From: Eledone cirrhosa
Taxonomy: Eukaryota
Direction of reading: 5' to 3'
Assembly (NCBI GenBank): GCA_964016885.1
Contig: OZ024745.1
Span: 16,678,001-16,742,000 of the forward strand
Length of the DNA: 64,000 nt
Under the pieces are notes generated by a model. That model saw only the letters and a program-made list of their open reading frames with translations, was not told where the DNA came from and searched no databases. The translations under genes were made by a program, and so were the position numbers. Shown piece after piece: positions 26,012 through 38,254 of this stretch; within the stretch, counting starts at the first letter, position 1; each line of letters starts with the position of its first letter.

Positions 26012-28700
26012 ATATTTATTAAAATAACAGATTAAAGTTTAAGCAAAGAATCGCTGCTTTCACCCTTAAAGGGATCTTCTGAAACTAACAAAGTCAATCT
26101 GTAAACGCAGAACTGGATATTTCAAAAAACGTTGCAACCGGAGGAAGACAGGAAGACGATACTTTGGTTCGTGGAAACGTTCGCTATGCAAATGAGTAAA
26201 GGAATAAACAAAACATATAATTAGCTCCCACATCAGGACGTAAAATATCCACGTATAGATCGTACTATCCGTTAGGGTATAACGTGGGGCTGTAATACAG
26301 GAAAGTTTTGTGCAATTTATGTTTACAAGCCGAAATTGCCTCAGATTTTTTGTTTAAGATGTGGTCTGTGGCGTAGAGTATTTCCAGGGCCTCAGCGGCG
26401 CAGAGGTCACATGGTCTTTTATTTCCGTTATACGATCTAGCCCTAGCTAGGGTCTCCCAGTGTAACTTATATTGGGTGTGGTTGGTTTTTAGACTCCAGA
26501 TATAAGCTGAAAGTGACGTCATATTCCTTCTTAGAGGGTAACGAAAAGAATGGGTATGCATGTAAAGACGCTGCTTGAAACTATTGGCAGTAAACCCTAT
26601 GTAGGCCCTACGGGACGTGGGTGTTACAACCTTACATTTGTAGACAATGTTACTAGAGAGGCATTTCCCGGATAGGGGGCAATCAGCCCGATTCCTACAA
26701 TTACAGTTAGTACTAACTACAGGGTTGCACGTGTTCCTACGGCTAGGCAGTTTAGCTAAATTTGAAGCTGTGATGTTATGTGCAATTTTCCGAACAACCC
26801 CTCTATTCGGCTTATTAACCCTACGAAGTCCGATTTAGGTAGACTTAGTAAAACAATTCTTGATAGAATTATACCTGAAATTAGAAGTTTGGCCCCTCTC
26901 GCACTGTGGAACAATTCATTCGCGGTGATTGATTGGTTCAACGGCATATGTAACAAGGAACATTGTCGTTTTATCCAATTCGACATCAACAATTACTACT
27001 CCTTCATCACTTTACCACTTCTCCTTAGAGCTATCAATTAGGCTAAAACACTCACAGCGGTTAAGGATTTCGAAGTTGATGTCATCCTTAATGCCCGAAA
27101 GTCGGTGATTAATTTCGACGACTCTATTTGGATTAAAAAATCCAATAGTACCCCATTCGACGTGAGTATGGGCGCCAGTGACTCTGCGGAGGTTACTGAT
27201 CTTATTGGCCTTTTCCTTCTTTTCTCTATCAAGGACGAATTCCCCAACGCGGGCGGTGGTTTGTACCGTGACGATGGTCTTTTGACCATGACTAAGTGCG
27301 GACCTGTGCTTGCGACAGGTTCAGAAAAGAACTCACAGCCTTCTTTAAAGGCTTCAACCTCTCTATACAGGTTGAGGCCAATCTCTCGGTCGTTAATTAC
27401 CTCGACGTTACCTTCAATTTATTGAATGGGTTGTATTACCCGTATAGAAAGCCGAATGATACGCTTAATTACATAAGTAAGCATTCCAACCATCCCGCCA
27501 GCATAACCAAGAACCTGGTAAGAAACGTTTCGTTGAGGCTTTCCCGTCTTTCCACCAACGAGCGCATTTTCAACGACCATTCCACTTATTACAATGAAGC
27601 TCTTGCTCGAAGTGGAATTGTCGATAAGGTAGCATATACAGAGTACGAAAATAGACCTAGAAGAAATAGATCCCGTCGCATTTGTTGGTTTAACCCACCA
27701 TATAATATGGAGGTGGCCACACCATTAGCTAAGATCTTTCTTTCCCTTATTACGAAGCATTTTCCCCCTACACATAAATATAGTAAATTTTTTAATAGAA
27801 ATACTATTAAAATTTCTTACTCTACGACTCCTAACCTTGCACATAACATCACAGCTTCAAATTTAGCTAAACTACCTAGCCGTAGGAACACGTGCAACCC
27901 TGTAGTTAGTACTAACTGTAATTGTAGGAATCGGGCTGATTGCCCCCTATTAGGGAAATGCCTCTCTAGTAACATTGTCTACAAATGTAAGGTTGTACCA
28001 CCCACGTCCCGTAGGGCCTACATAGGGTTAACCGCCAATAATTTCAAGCAGCGTCTTTACATGCATACCCATTCTTTTCGTTACCCTCTAAGAAGGAATA
28101 TGACGTCCCTTTCAGCTTATATCTGGAGTCTAAAAGACAACCACACCCAATATAAGTTACACTGGGAGATCCTAGCTAGGGCTAGATCGTATAACGGAAA
28201 TAAAAGACCATGTGACCTCTGCGCCGCTGAGGCCCTGGAAATACTCTACGCCACAGACCACATCTTAAACAAAAAATCTGAGGCAATTTCGGCTTGTAAA
28301 CATAAATTGCACAAAACTTTCCTGTATTACAGCCCCACGTTATACCCTAACGGATAGTACGATCTATACGTGGATATTTTACGTCCTGATGTGGGAGCTA
28401 ATTATATGTTTTGTTTATTCCTTTACTTATTTGCATAGCGAACGTTTCCACGAACCAAAGTATCGTCTTCCTGTCTTCCTCCGGTTGCAACGTTTTTTGA
28501 AATTCTGCGTTTACAGTTCTGCGTTTACAGATTGACTTTGTTAGTTTCAGAAGATCCGGTTAAGGGTGAAAGCAGCGATTCTTTGCTTAAACTTTAATCT
28601 GTTATTTTAATAAATATTTGCTCTACGGTTCTTATATATTTGATATATATTCATCCTTATCGAGCCCTCTTTGGATTTTAGTCTTCAATTTTATTATGAT

Positions 28701-28704
<4 letters not shown>
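26012..28704 (+). mobile_element. Penelope-like element (RT + GIY-YIG), 5'-truncated with ~775-bp inverted duplication
   Basis: RT: RLINP, QFDINNYY, MGASDSAE, GLYRDDGL, NYLDV; WFNPPY; CNC..CPL..C; IVYKC..YIGLT..QRLYMH; one stop (27039) and one frameshift (~27290); arms 26012-26785/27837-28617; tail 28618-28704. Confidence 0.93.
28543..28593 (+). ncRNA. Hammerhead-like motif with variant core CAGAAGA
   Basis: agttt-CAGAAGA-stem II-GAAA-gca/tgc-TT-aaact; copies at ~26036-26086 (-), ~38271-38321 (-), partial 51291-51332. Confidence 0.55.
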
Positions 28705-28767
<63 letters not shown>

Positions 28768-29343
28768 TGATGGTTTGATATCTCTCTGTTACTTTCCTTT
28801 GTTTTCTTATTTTTTCTTTTCTTTATTTATCTTTTTCTTTATTTATCTCTCCCTTTTTCTCCACGCTTTTCTCTCTCTCTCCGTAATTGTCCTTAACACT
28901 AAGACTTACTAAAATAATATAAACACACCACTATCCTGATGTCCTCCAAAACTAATGGTCGCATTTTGAAAGGGTACGCCAAATATATTTTAGTGTGTGT
29001 ATGTATATATAACATATCGGTTAAACTACGCATATACATATTACATATGTATGTAGTATTTGCCAATGTATCAACATCTAAAGCGTGACGGAAACCTAAC
29101 AGTATGTGTAGGTATGAAAGATTCATAAGCAGTGTAACTCTTTAAGCATTTTATGATTATGTTTACAGATTATAAATATCAATGTTTAGCGAGTATATAA
29201 GGTATAAATGTATATGTAGCATTCAAAAGCGTATTTAGTCGCAGATATGTAGGTATATCATCACTAAATGCAGTTTGTTGATTCTACCATAGCAGTGTTT
29301 GAAAATATATTCCTTCATAATTTTATCAGTTAGAATCATGAGT

Positions 29344-29872
29344 TATATATTTAAAACTTGATGTTAGATAAATAAGATTGTTGCAATAATATTTGATGTA
29401 AGGATATATATTTAAAACTTGATGTTAGATAAATAAGATTGTTGCAATAATATTTGATGTAAGGATATATATTTAAAACTTGATGTTTGATAAATAAGAT
29501 TGTTGCAATAATATTTGATGTAAGGATATATATTTAAAACTTGATGTTAGATAAATAAGATTGTTGCAATAATATTTGATGTAAGGATATATATTTAAAA
29601 CTTGATGTTAGATAAATAAGATTGTTGCAATAATATTTGATGTAAGGATATATATTTAAAACTTGATGTTAGATAAATAAGATTGTTGTAATACTATTTG
29701 ATGTAAGGATATATATTTAAAACTTGATGTTAGATAAATAAGATTGTTGCAATAACATTTGATGTAAGGATATATATTTAAAACTTAATGTTAGAAAAAT
29801 AAGATTGTCGCAATAACATTTGATGTAAGGATATATATTTAAAACCTATGCTTAGAAAAATAAGATTGTCGC
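29344..29872. repeat. 61-bp minisatellite, about 8.7 copies
   Basis: Unit tatatatttaaaacttgatgttagataaataagattgttgcaataatatttgatgtaagga. Confidence 0.95.
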
Positions 29873-30418
29873 AAATGTAAAAAGAATGATGATTAATTAT
29901 ATATGAATAGATCTGTTTTCCCATTCATTTTCTCGTAATCCTTTTATTTCACTGCAGCTGGGTCTACCGTGTATTGCAGAGAGCGTCCAATATACAGATT
30001 ACTTTAAATCTGAGTTTAATGTCAACATTCTAATAAAAAAGCAATCACGGAAACCAAAGCAAATAAATACACACAAAAAAGAAATAATGGATTGCCTTGT
30101 ATAATTTGAACTGCGATGATTGGATTAAAGAAATTCTTCACGTGAGTGACAGAAAGCTATTAGGATTACAATCCCAACATCAGATGTTAGCACACCTCCC
30201 CCACGAAATTTAAACCCCTAAAAAAAACCCCGATGAAACGAGCATTCGAAAAAGAATCACGTTGAAATCCTATGTAATCAATCTCATTTCTTTCAAAGCA
30301 ACTTCCAACTCTGTTGACTAATAAGTAAAGATGATGGGCAAAAGTAAGTTAACGTTGTTGTAAAAATTGGGAGTAGGGTGGAAGGATGAGTATCTAGCGA
30401 TTTAGTATATATATATAT

Positions 30419-30598
30419 AATTGTTTCTATTTTTGGCACAAGACCAGCAATTTTCCAGTACATTACTGGTACTTTATTTTATCGACCCCGTAAGGATGAA
30501 AGGCAAAGTTAACCTCGACGGGATTTGAACTCAGAATGGCAAGGGCCGTAACTCCATACGTCAAAGCATAACGTCCGACCCTCTACCGACACTGCCAA
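30419..30598 (-). mobile_element. SINE family 1
   Basis: rc of the 9803-9990 consensus, ggcaagggccgtaac variant. Confidence 0.85.
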
Positions 30599-30728
30599 TA
30601 TAGATAATATCAGCACTGGTTTGTTTTATAAAGATACTTCAGTACAGAGGTCTGTGTACTTTCAAAACTCTACATATCACCGTTGTATATCTATCCCGTT
30701 CTCTTCCTCGCTCTAAATGCATACATAC

Positions 30729-30823
<95 letters not shown>

Positions 30824-30843
30824 CTCTATCTCCCTCTCTCGCT

Positions 30844-30884
<41 letters not shown>

Positions 30885-30887
<3 letters not shown>

Positions 30888-31870
30888 ATAATAATAAACG
30901 TATGTTTCTTTCTTACTGCTTCCCTTTTCTCTGTATCTCTCACTTTCATTTTACCCCCTCTGCCAGTTACTCTCTCTGTTAGCCTCTTCCTCACATTTTC
31001 ACTCACTCTCTGCTACCCCCTCTCCTACTTCCTCCCGTTTGACCTGTGCGAAATTCTTTCCTCACTCACATTTCGACCAGGTTGGATGGTCTTTATTCTC
31101 TCTCGTCTACGATTTCACAAAACTTAAGTTCATCGATTTCAGGGACTTGACTCCTTCTTCCTCACTTTTTGTTGCATTACCATCTTTGTTTGTTTACTGT
31201 CTCGCTCGTTCCCCCTACTTACGTGTCCCAACGACTTTCTTTGGCCGTTGCTCGCACCAACCAGAGGTATATTGTCTTTAAAGCGATGAAATACCAATGA
31301 AGGCTGGAAGATCACTGATGAAGGACTAAATTTATTCATATATATATATATATATATATATATTGCGATTTTCTGTTTCTCTCTTTCTCTCTTACTGCTC
31401 CCTCGTTCTCTCTGTTTCTCTTACCTTCTTTCGTCCCTCTGTCAGTTAACACTTTCTCTCGACTGACCTCTTCCTCGCACTTCCACTCACTCACTCTCTG
31501 TTTCTCCCCTTCTCACTTCCTCCCGTTCACTAGGAGTCGGATCTTTCTTTCTCACATCCCATTCACAGCGAAAGGTCTGTTTGCTAAGCGCTCATGAATT
31601 CATCCAGCTAACGCTGATCGAATAACCATGTTGCTTGTTTTCTTCCCATATTCGGTTAGACTTTCTTCGATGTTGTTTACTTGTCTCACTGGCTTTACGC
31701 GTTTCACTTGTCCCAATAGCTTATTTTAGTTATTGCTCGCACCAACGTGAGGTATATGATTTTTAATGCGATGAAATACCAATGATCGTTGGCAAATCAC
31801 TGATGAGGGACTAATTTTATAATATGTATCCATGTGCAACCATGCAGTATTCTTCTCCCCATATTTTTCA
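30885..31870 (+). repeat. Two diverged tandem copies of a pyrimidine-rich element separated by (TA)n
   Basis: Both have ttgctcgcaccaac..gcgatgaaataccaatga..tcaCTGATGA(a/g)ggactaa near their ends. Confidence 0.6.
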
Positions 31871-31879
31871 TATATATAT

Positions 31880-32418
31880 ATATATATACATATATCTAAG
31901 TATTGAAGTTTCCGTTGAAAATTGAAAAAGTAATAGGAGTGAAGAATGGTCTATGTAAGTTACAGAGCTAAATTTAATGTATAATAAACAATTGTTTCTA
32001 CTTTAGGCACAAGGCCAGCAATTACCCAGTGCATTACTGGTACTTTATTTTATCGACCCTGTAAGGATGAAAGGCAAAGTCAACCTCGGCGGGATTTGAA
32101 CTTAGACCGTAAAGGGACTTAACTATGCTAGAAAGCATGGCGTCCGACTTTCTACCGATACTGCCAATCAAAAGATAATGTATAATAAACAATACAATAT
32201 AATTACCTCATTACCAGAGGTTTCGCGAATAAGACGAATACATTTTGCCCGTTAAACTTTTGCCTTTCTTGAGGAGATTTTTCAAATATTTTTTCAAATA
32301 TTTTTCAAATATTTTTTTCAAATATTGTCTGACGAACGAATGAGGGCGTTTCTTGTATTCGTCTTATTCGGGAAACCTCTGGTAATGAAGTAATTATATT
32401 GTATTGTTTATTATACAT

Positions 32419-32421
<3 letters not shown>
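31880..32421. mobile_element. Foldback HHR mini-element interrupted by a family-1 SINE (31990-32170, minus)
   Basis: Arms ~32175-32250/32344-32421; HHR CTGACGA 32329, long stem II, GAAA 32372, cc/gg, GTA; SINE TSD taatgtataataaacaat at 31975-92 and 32176-93. Confidence 0.75.
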
Positions 32422-32446
<25 letters not shown>

Positions 32447-32449
<3 letters not shown>

Positions 32450-32630
32450 GGAAAAAATGAAATTTCATTTCTCACTCTTAGTACGGCTGATACTTAAATA
32501 TAAGTATGTATACGTACATACATATATGTATACAGACGTACAGTAGTATGTATACATAAACATACATGTATGTATATACATACTACTGTACGTCTGTATA
32601 CATATATGTATGTACGTATACATACTTATA
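32447..32630 (-). mobile_element. Foldback end-fragment of the 45.4-46.0 kb HHR family (also 38387-38551, plus)
   Basis: Palindrome ..tatacagacgtacagtag/ctactgtacgtctgtata.. plus tail cagccgtactaagagtg shared with 45625-45733. Confidence 0.75.
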
Positions 32631-32638
32631 TATATATC

Positions 32639-33036
32639 TAATATAAAACGAAAAATCAGTGATGCATCTGAAGTCAATTTATTGTGTGTTACAATTGTTC
32701 GCCGGCGGACAGCTCGAGACGCGATCATTGTGTGGATCTGTCTGATTCTGGACCCGCAGGTTCGACGGACACGTCTAATGATTTCAGATACTCCAGTGAG
32801 ATAATATGCTCCGAAATCATTAGGCGTGTCCGTCGAATCTGCGGGTCCAGAATCAGACAGCTCCACACAATGATCGCGTCTCGAGCTGTCCGCCGGTGAA
32901 ACAATTGTAACACACAATAAATTGAGTTCAGATGCATCACTGATTTTTCGTTTTATATTATATAATACTCTGCTCTGTAAAAGCATAGAGTGCTCAACCG
33001 GCATACCGCCCATGGAACCATCTTAGCTACCATCCG

Positions 33037-33037
<1 letters not shown>
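32639..33037 (+). mobile_element. Foldback mini-element with variant HHR
   Basis: Arms ~32639-32787/32812-32960, tail to ~33037; gtgt-CCGTCGA-extended stem II-GAAA-caattg-TA-acac at 32826-32913. Confidence 0.7.
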
Positions 33038-33098
<61 letters not shown>

Positions 33099-33099
<1 letters not shown>

Positions 33100-33245
33100 A
33101 TAAGTTATCCCGGGTTCAATGGGTGGTAACCACAGTAAGTAAGGTACTCAATACAGTGCAGAGTATAAATGTTTAATATAGAAAAGCTTCTACAGGACTA
33201 GAGCTGTTTAATTCGTGAGAAATCATCAGGAAACTGACTGTCCAA
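33099..33245 (-). mobile_element. HHR family A end + tail fused to a CR1-type LINE
   Basis: rc reads CTGATGA..(T)AAA-cag/ctg-TA-gaagc then the family A tail. Confidence 0.8.
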
Positions 33246-34624
33246 GTTTGATTTTCTCAATGGCCCACCTCTCTTCAGCTGTTTTCTGGTTATTGATGAT
33301 GGTCTTCATGCATTGTTGGGGGTTATATTTATTTGATTCAAGCAGGGCGATAGCCATCGAACGTGTGCGTTGCTGTTGGCAGTATTTTAGTGTGTTAATT
33401 CTTTGTTTGTTCGTTCTATTTTTCTGATAATTGTTTTTCTGTTTTGGGGGATACTGCACTTAGTTTTGTTCAGATGTTTTGGTGGGGTGTGTTTTGTAGA
33501 TATATTTGTGACAGTGTCTACAAAGATCTTCCAAGATGTTTTAATGTTGGTGGAAATGTGTGCATGTGTAAAAGGCCAGTCAACATGTGATAGTTCGTCC
33601 ATAATTGCATCCCAGTTGGCATTGTAGAGATCCATGTTATCAAATGGGTGGGCTGCAAAGAGGTCCTTAGGATTAGCTTTCGTCTGGTGGAATCTCAGGT
33701 TACAAAGAACCATGTCATGGTCTGAGAGAAAGGTTTTTTTCCACTGTAATATTATATATAGTGTTAGTGTGGTTACTAAACACTAGATCCAGAATGTTCT
33801 TCTGATGCCTTGTTGGTACAAGGACAAGTTGGGACAAGAAAAAACTCATTCATGAAGTCAAGAAGTGACTCGACTGATTCTTTGTCAGTGGTAGAGGTTG
33901 GAGTGACTGGTTTCAAACTGCTTGTAGACCAATCGACACAGGGCAGATTAAAGTCTCCCATCATAAGTATGTTGCTAGAATGGCACTGTTTAATAAAGCA
34001 ATTTAATTGAGGCATTCTTTGAAGCAGATTATGGGTGTTTGTGGTGGCCTATAAAGCCCAACTAATGTCAGGTCATTGGCTTTGTTGTGCACAGTGACTG
34101 ATTCACAATAGCCATTGGAACATGTTGTGTTACCATCTGCTGTAAAGGAATCATGCAAGAAAATGGCAGTTCCACCCTTCCTTCTGCCATCACGATCCGC
34201 GCGGATGGTTGTAAAATTTCTCACTCTTACTTAGGCCTCCAAATGGGAGTTGTCAAGGTGGGTCTCAGTAAGAATGAAGAAGGGGATGTGAAACGGATGG
34301 TTACCAACCCAATCCTCAATAAATTGGATCTTCCATTTCTGTGCATTGATGGATGGGCTGATACCTTGTGTATTGAGTAAAAATGTGGACGCTAGTGTGG
34401 TGGCTGGTTTTGACTGTTGCAGGGGGCTTGTTTTGAGATTGAGTGTTAGTGACAGCAAGGATGGTGTTGGGTGATGGCTTAAATGTTTTTCTGTATCTCT
34501 TTTGCCAGGTTCATGGCTAAAAAGAAAAACAATTTTCTTGTTCAGGGAGCAGTTTTTGATTGGATTTTGGGTTACACCATTGGATAGGGTTGCAGTTCCC
34601 TCTTTTGTTGCTGTTGTTGTATAT

Positions 34625-34860
34625 GTTGTAATCGTGTCTTTGTGAAAAGACTGGAGCAGCATTACTTTTGTTGTTGTTATATTTGTTGTTGTTGTAATCG
34701 TGTCTTTGTGAAAAGACTGGAGCAGCATTACTTTTGTTGTTGTTATATTTGTTGTTGTTGTAATCGTGTCTTTGTGAAACGACTGGAGCAGTATTACTTT
34801 TGTTGTGCTGTTTTTGTTTTTGTAATCGTGTCTTTGTGAGGAAACTGGAGCAGCATTACT
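34625..34860. repeat. 66-bp tandem repeat (~3.6 copies) in LINE ORF1 region
   Basis: Units start at 34625, 34691, 34757, ~34819. Confidence 0.9.
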
Positions 34861-35786
34861 GCAACAGGGGGTGGCTTTATTGTGGTTTGTGTGTGGGCAG
34901 TGTGCTTTGGTGTTGGCTGGCTGTGTTAGTGCTTCTAGTACCAAGTAAATGGGGAAATATGCCGTCGCTACGTGTGCATAGCCTCTGACGAAGTGAGTAG
35001 CGGCATATTTTGGGTTTTCTAGTTTGTATAGTGGTGGGGGGTGCATACCGATCAATAGATTCTTTTTAAAAGTTCTTTTGACTACATCATGACTGTGGTG
35101 GTGATGTGGGTGAAGAAAGCAGTGGTAGTGATGATGATGATGATGATGACAATTGTGGTTGACGCTGAGAGAGTGGTGGGTGAAGAAAGCAGTTGTCCAT
35201 TACTAGCAGTTGATGTGGCAGAAGATGGTGACGGTGGTGGTGGTGATGGCGATAATGATGGCTGAGAAAGTGATTGAGGGATACTGTCGTTCAGTAACTC
35301 AGCTATTATGCTTGAATTCAGTAGTGGAGGCGGTGTTGGTGGCTCCTGATTTTCTGGCTATGGTTGTTGTTGTTGCTGTTGTTGTGTTTGTCCATTGGAG
35401 TAAATATGTCGAAGTTTTTCAAAATGGTTTTGAATTAGTTTGAAAGAAACTTGTTTTAGTTTGTTGTGTATCTGCTTAGCAGACCTCGTGGTAAATGTTT
35501 CAGCTGTTTTTTTCAGCAATTTCATTCAGACACGAAGCATTAATGTTTATTGTTTGGGACAGAGAAAACCACGTGTTTATTTCATTATCAAATCAATTTC
35601 GTCTGTTGTGAGCTTACTGGTAAGTAGTCATATGTTTTTCCTTGTGTATGTTTTTAGATATTTGATATTTGATATGTGAGTGAGACTTTGGTTATTTGAA
35701 GAAATTAAAGAATCGTGTATATATATATATATATATATATTCTCTCTTATGGATATAAGTTTTGGTTGTTTGAGGATGTTAATTGC

Positions 35787-36430
35787 TTTTGGTTATTTGG
35801 TTGTTTGAAGATATCCAAGGAAAAACGAGCGTATATAATGATTTGTAGTTAAGAAAACGTACTTGCGAGTTTGTAGGAAAGGCACGTGTATTTGTATACA
35901 CTTTTTTGGTTATTTGGTTGTTTGAAAATATCCAAGGAAAAACGAGTGTATATAATGATATGTAGTTAAGAAAACTTACTTGCGAGTTTGTAGGAAAGGC
36001 ACGTGTATTTGTATACACTTTTTTGGTTATTTGGTTGTTTGAAAATATCCAAGGAAAAACGAGTGTATATAATGATTTGTAGTTAAGAAAACGTACTTGC
36101 GAGTTTGTAGGAAAGGCACGTGTATTTGTATACACTTTTTTGGTTATTTGGTTGTTTGAAAATATCCAAGGAAAAACGAGTGTATATAATGATATGTAGT
36201 TAAGAAAACTTACTTGCGAGTTGGAAGGGAAAGCACGTGTATTTGTATACACTTTTTCCTTATGTGAGTGAGCCTTTGGTTATTTGAAGATATTAAAGTA
36301 GCGTATATATTTGAGGTTATTAAAAGTTTTTGGTTATTGGTCGTTTGAAGATATTAAGAGAAAAACGAGTGTATATAATAATCTGTAGTTAAGAAAACGT
36401 AATTACGAGTTTGTAGAAAAAACACGTGGT
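35787..36430. repeat. 117-bp tandem repeat, 4 near-perfect copies + diverged copies, alternating A/B variants
   Basis: ggttatttggttgtttgaa recurs at 35791, 35908, 36025, 36142. Confidence 0.92.
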
Positions 36431-37088
36431 TACAAATATATATAAATATATATGTACGGTCAGATAGGCTTTAAAGCTTGTTACTGACTTGGTAGAGAGC
36501 AATAAAAACACGTCTGTTCACTTCAACAGTCCACACACACACACACATATATATATATATACATAAATATACACATATATATAGATATATACAGACATAC
36601 ATATACATACATTCACACAAATGTAAATCTTTATATATATATATATATACATATAAATATGTGAGAAAAATCACAAACCCTCCATCTCAATCCTACTTTT
36701 GAAAAGCAGAAGAACTACGAAACCGGTGAAGGAACCAAATAAATATATATATTTTTTTTAAAAGACTCCAGCTGCATTTTTCGATTTCATCTTTTTTCCT
36801 TATATTTTCACTCGCATATATATGTATATAGGCATATATACACATACATATACACATACATATTCATATACATACATATACATAAACAAATACACACACA
36901 TACATATATACACTTACTTATATACATGCATTCAATGAAGTACGTTATTCCTTTGGAAAAAGCAGATAGGTAAGAAGTACTTACATAACCATAGTGTCGT
37001 GAGGTAGGTCGAGATGGGGGCAGGGGTATGGTGGGATGGAGGTGGAAGGGATATCTTGTCGAGTGGGCTTTTTTTTAAAAGAAATTTT

Positions 37089-37634
37089 TTAGACATCTGG
37101 CATCAACACTGGCTTGAGATATTTGAAAGTCGCAAAGTTTTTGTGCATGCAATTCGAGGAGTGTTCAGAGAGTTTGTTCAGTATCGGGCCATTGGCAAAT
37201 AGTATTTCATAGTTCTCTGAAATACAAAGGCCGCAGCACTTATGTCCTCCCTTGTATGAGCGCGCTTTCTGGAGTATTTTCCATTTAAGCGTCAAAGGGG
37301 TGGAGTTCCTCTTGAGGTCCCATACATAGGAGGCGAGTGTTGTCTGATTTGATTTGTGCGGTCTTCTGAAAGAGTGGGTATAGGCATACCACCGGTTCTT
37401 AAAATTGTTGGAAGTCATACCGATGTAAGTCTTTTTGTTGTTGTCATCAGTGCCTGAGATGACATCACATTTATATACTATGTCATTTGTCAGGCATTTG
37501 TTTTCAAGTGGGCAGGCTTCCTTATTTTGCCAGTTGCATAAAGATCCCGTCCGGGGATTGGGTTCGGAGGTAGTAGGCTTATTTAATTTTGTAGTGTTGA
37601 GATTGGCTATATTCCTAGCTAGGTTAGGTGTAGT
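37089..37634 (-). mobile_element. PLE GIY-YIG endonuclease fragment related to the 26-28.7 kb family
   Basis: CPLENKCLTNDIVYKC..YIGMTSNNFKNRWY..WKIL..CGLC..LNK. Confidence 0.85.
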
Positions 37635-37758
37635 ATATATATATATTTATTAAATAACAGATTAAAGTTTAACCAAAGAATCACTGCTTTTGATATATAT
37701 TTCTCCTTATCGAGCTCTCTTTGGATTTTAGTCTTCAAATTTATTATTATTACTATAC

Positions 37759-37815
<57 letters not shown>

Positions 37816-37816
<1 letters not shown>

Positions 37817-37966
37817 GTTATTCCGGGTTAAGTCGGAGGTAACCTCAGTAAGTAAGGTACTCAATACATTGCAGAGTATAAAAGTTTTAATCTTTTAAGA
37901 GATTCCTAATGATTTCTAAAGAATGAAACAGTTCTAGTCCTGTAGAATCTCATCTATATTAAAACT
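37816..37966. mobile_element. Foldback mini-element family A with covarying HHR stem I
   Basis: gagattc-CTAATGA..GAAA-cag/ctg-TA-gaatctc at 37899-37951. Confidence 0.75.
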
Positions 37967-38210
37967 ATATATATATTTTACACCTAATTCTGTTTAATTG
38001 ACTGTATCTGGGCGATTACGCTGTCGAAATATTCGATAAATATTCCGTCGCGGCCGACGCGAAGGGCTAGTTTCGGTTATTTGTTGGAGATTTCTTCATA
38101 GAAGCCTTATTCTTATAGCCTGGTCTATTCGATTTTTTATATAGTTAATTATGCTAATTGGGAGAGGAAATGGTATATATTTTATCTGGTGATTCTATAG
38201 ACATGTTTTA

Positions 38211-38254
<44 letters not shown>

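Larger units (their letters stand above)
33246..36430 (-). mobile_element. CR1-group LINE 5' half (tandem-repeat 5' region, ORF1 remnants, APE endonuclease), 3'-truncated
   Basis: APE motifs LLNTQG, LTETHL, RADR..KGGTAIF, LYRPP, MGDFNLP..DW, NILDLV, SDH; no RT domain follows; linkage of the 35.7-36.4 kb repeats to the LINE is inferred. Confidence 0.78.

Noticed and set aside
29344-29872. CRISPR-like regular array
   Set aside because: No unique spacers and no cas genes; contiguous tandem repeat in eukaryotic DNA.
32465-33013. 182-aa ORF with internal repeat
   Set aside because: Arises from foldback elements and TA-rich palindromes; no protein motif.
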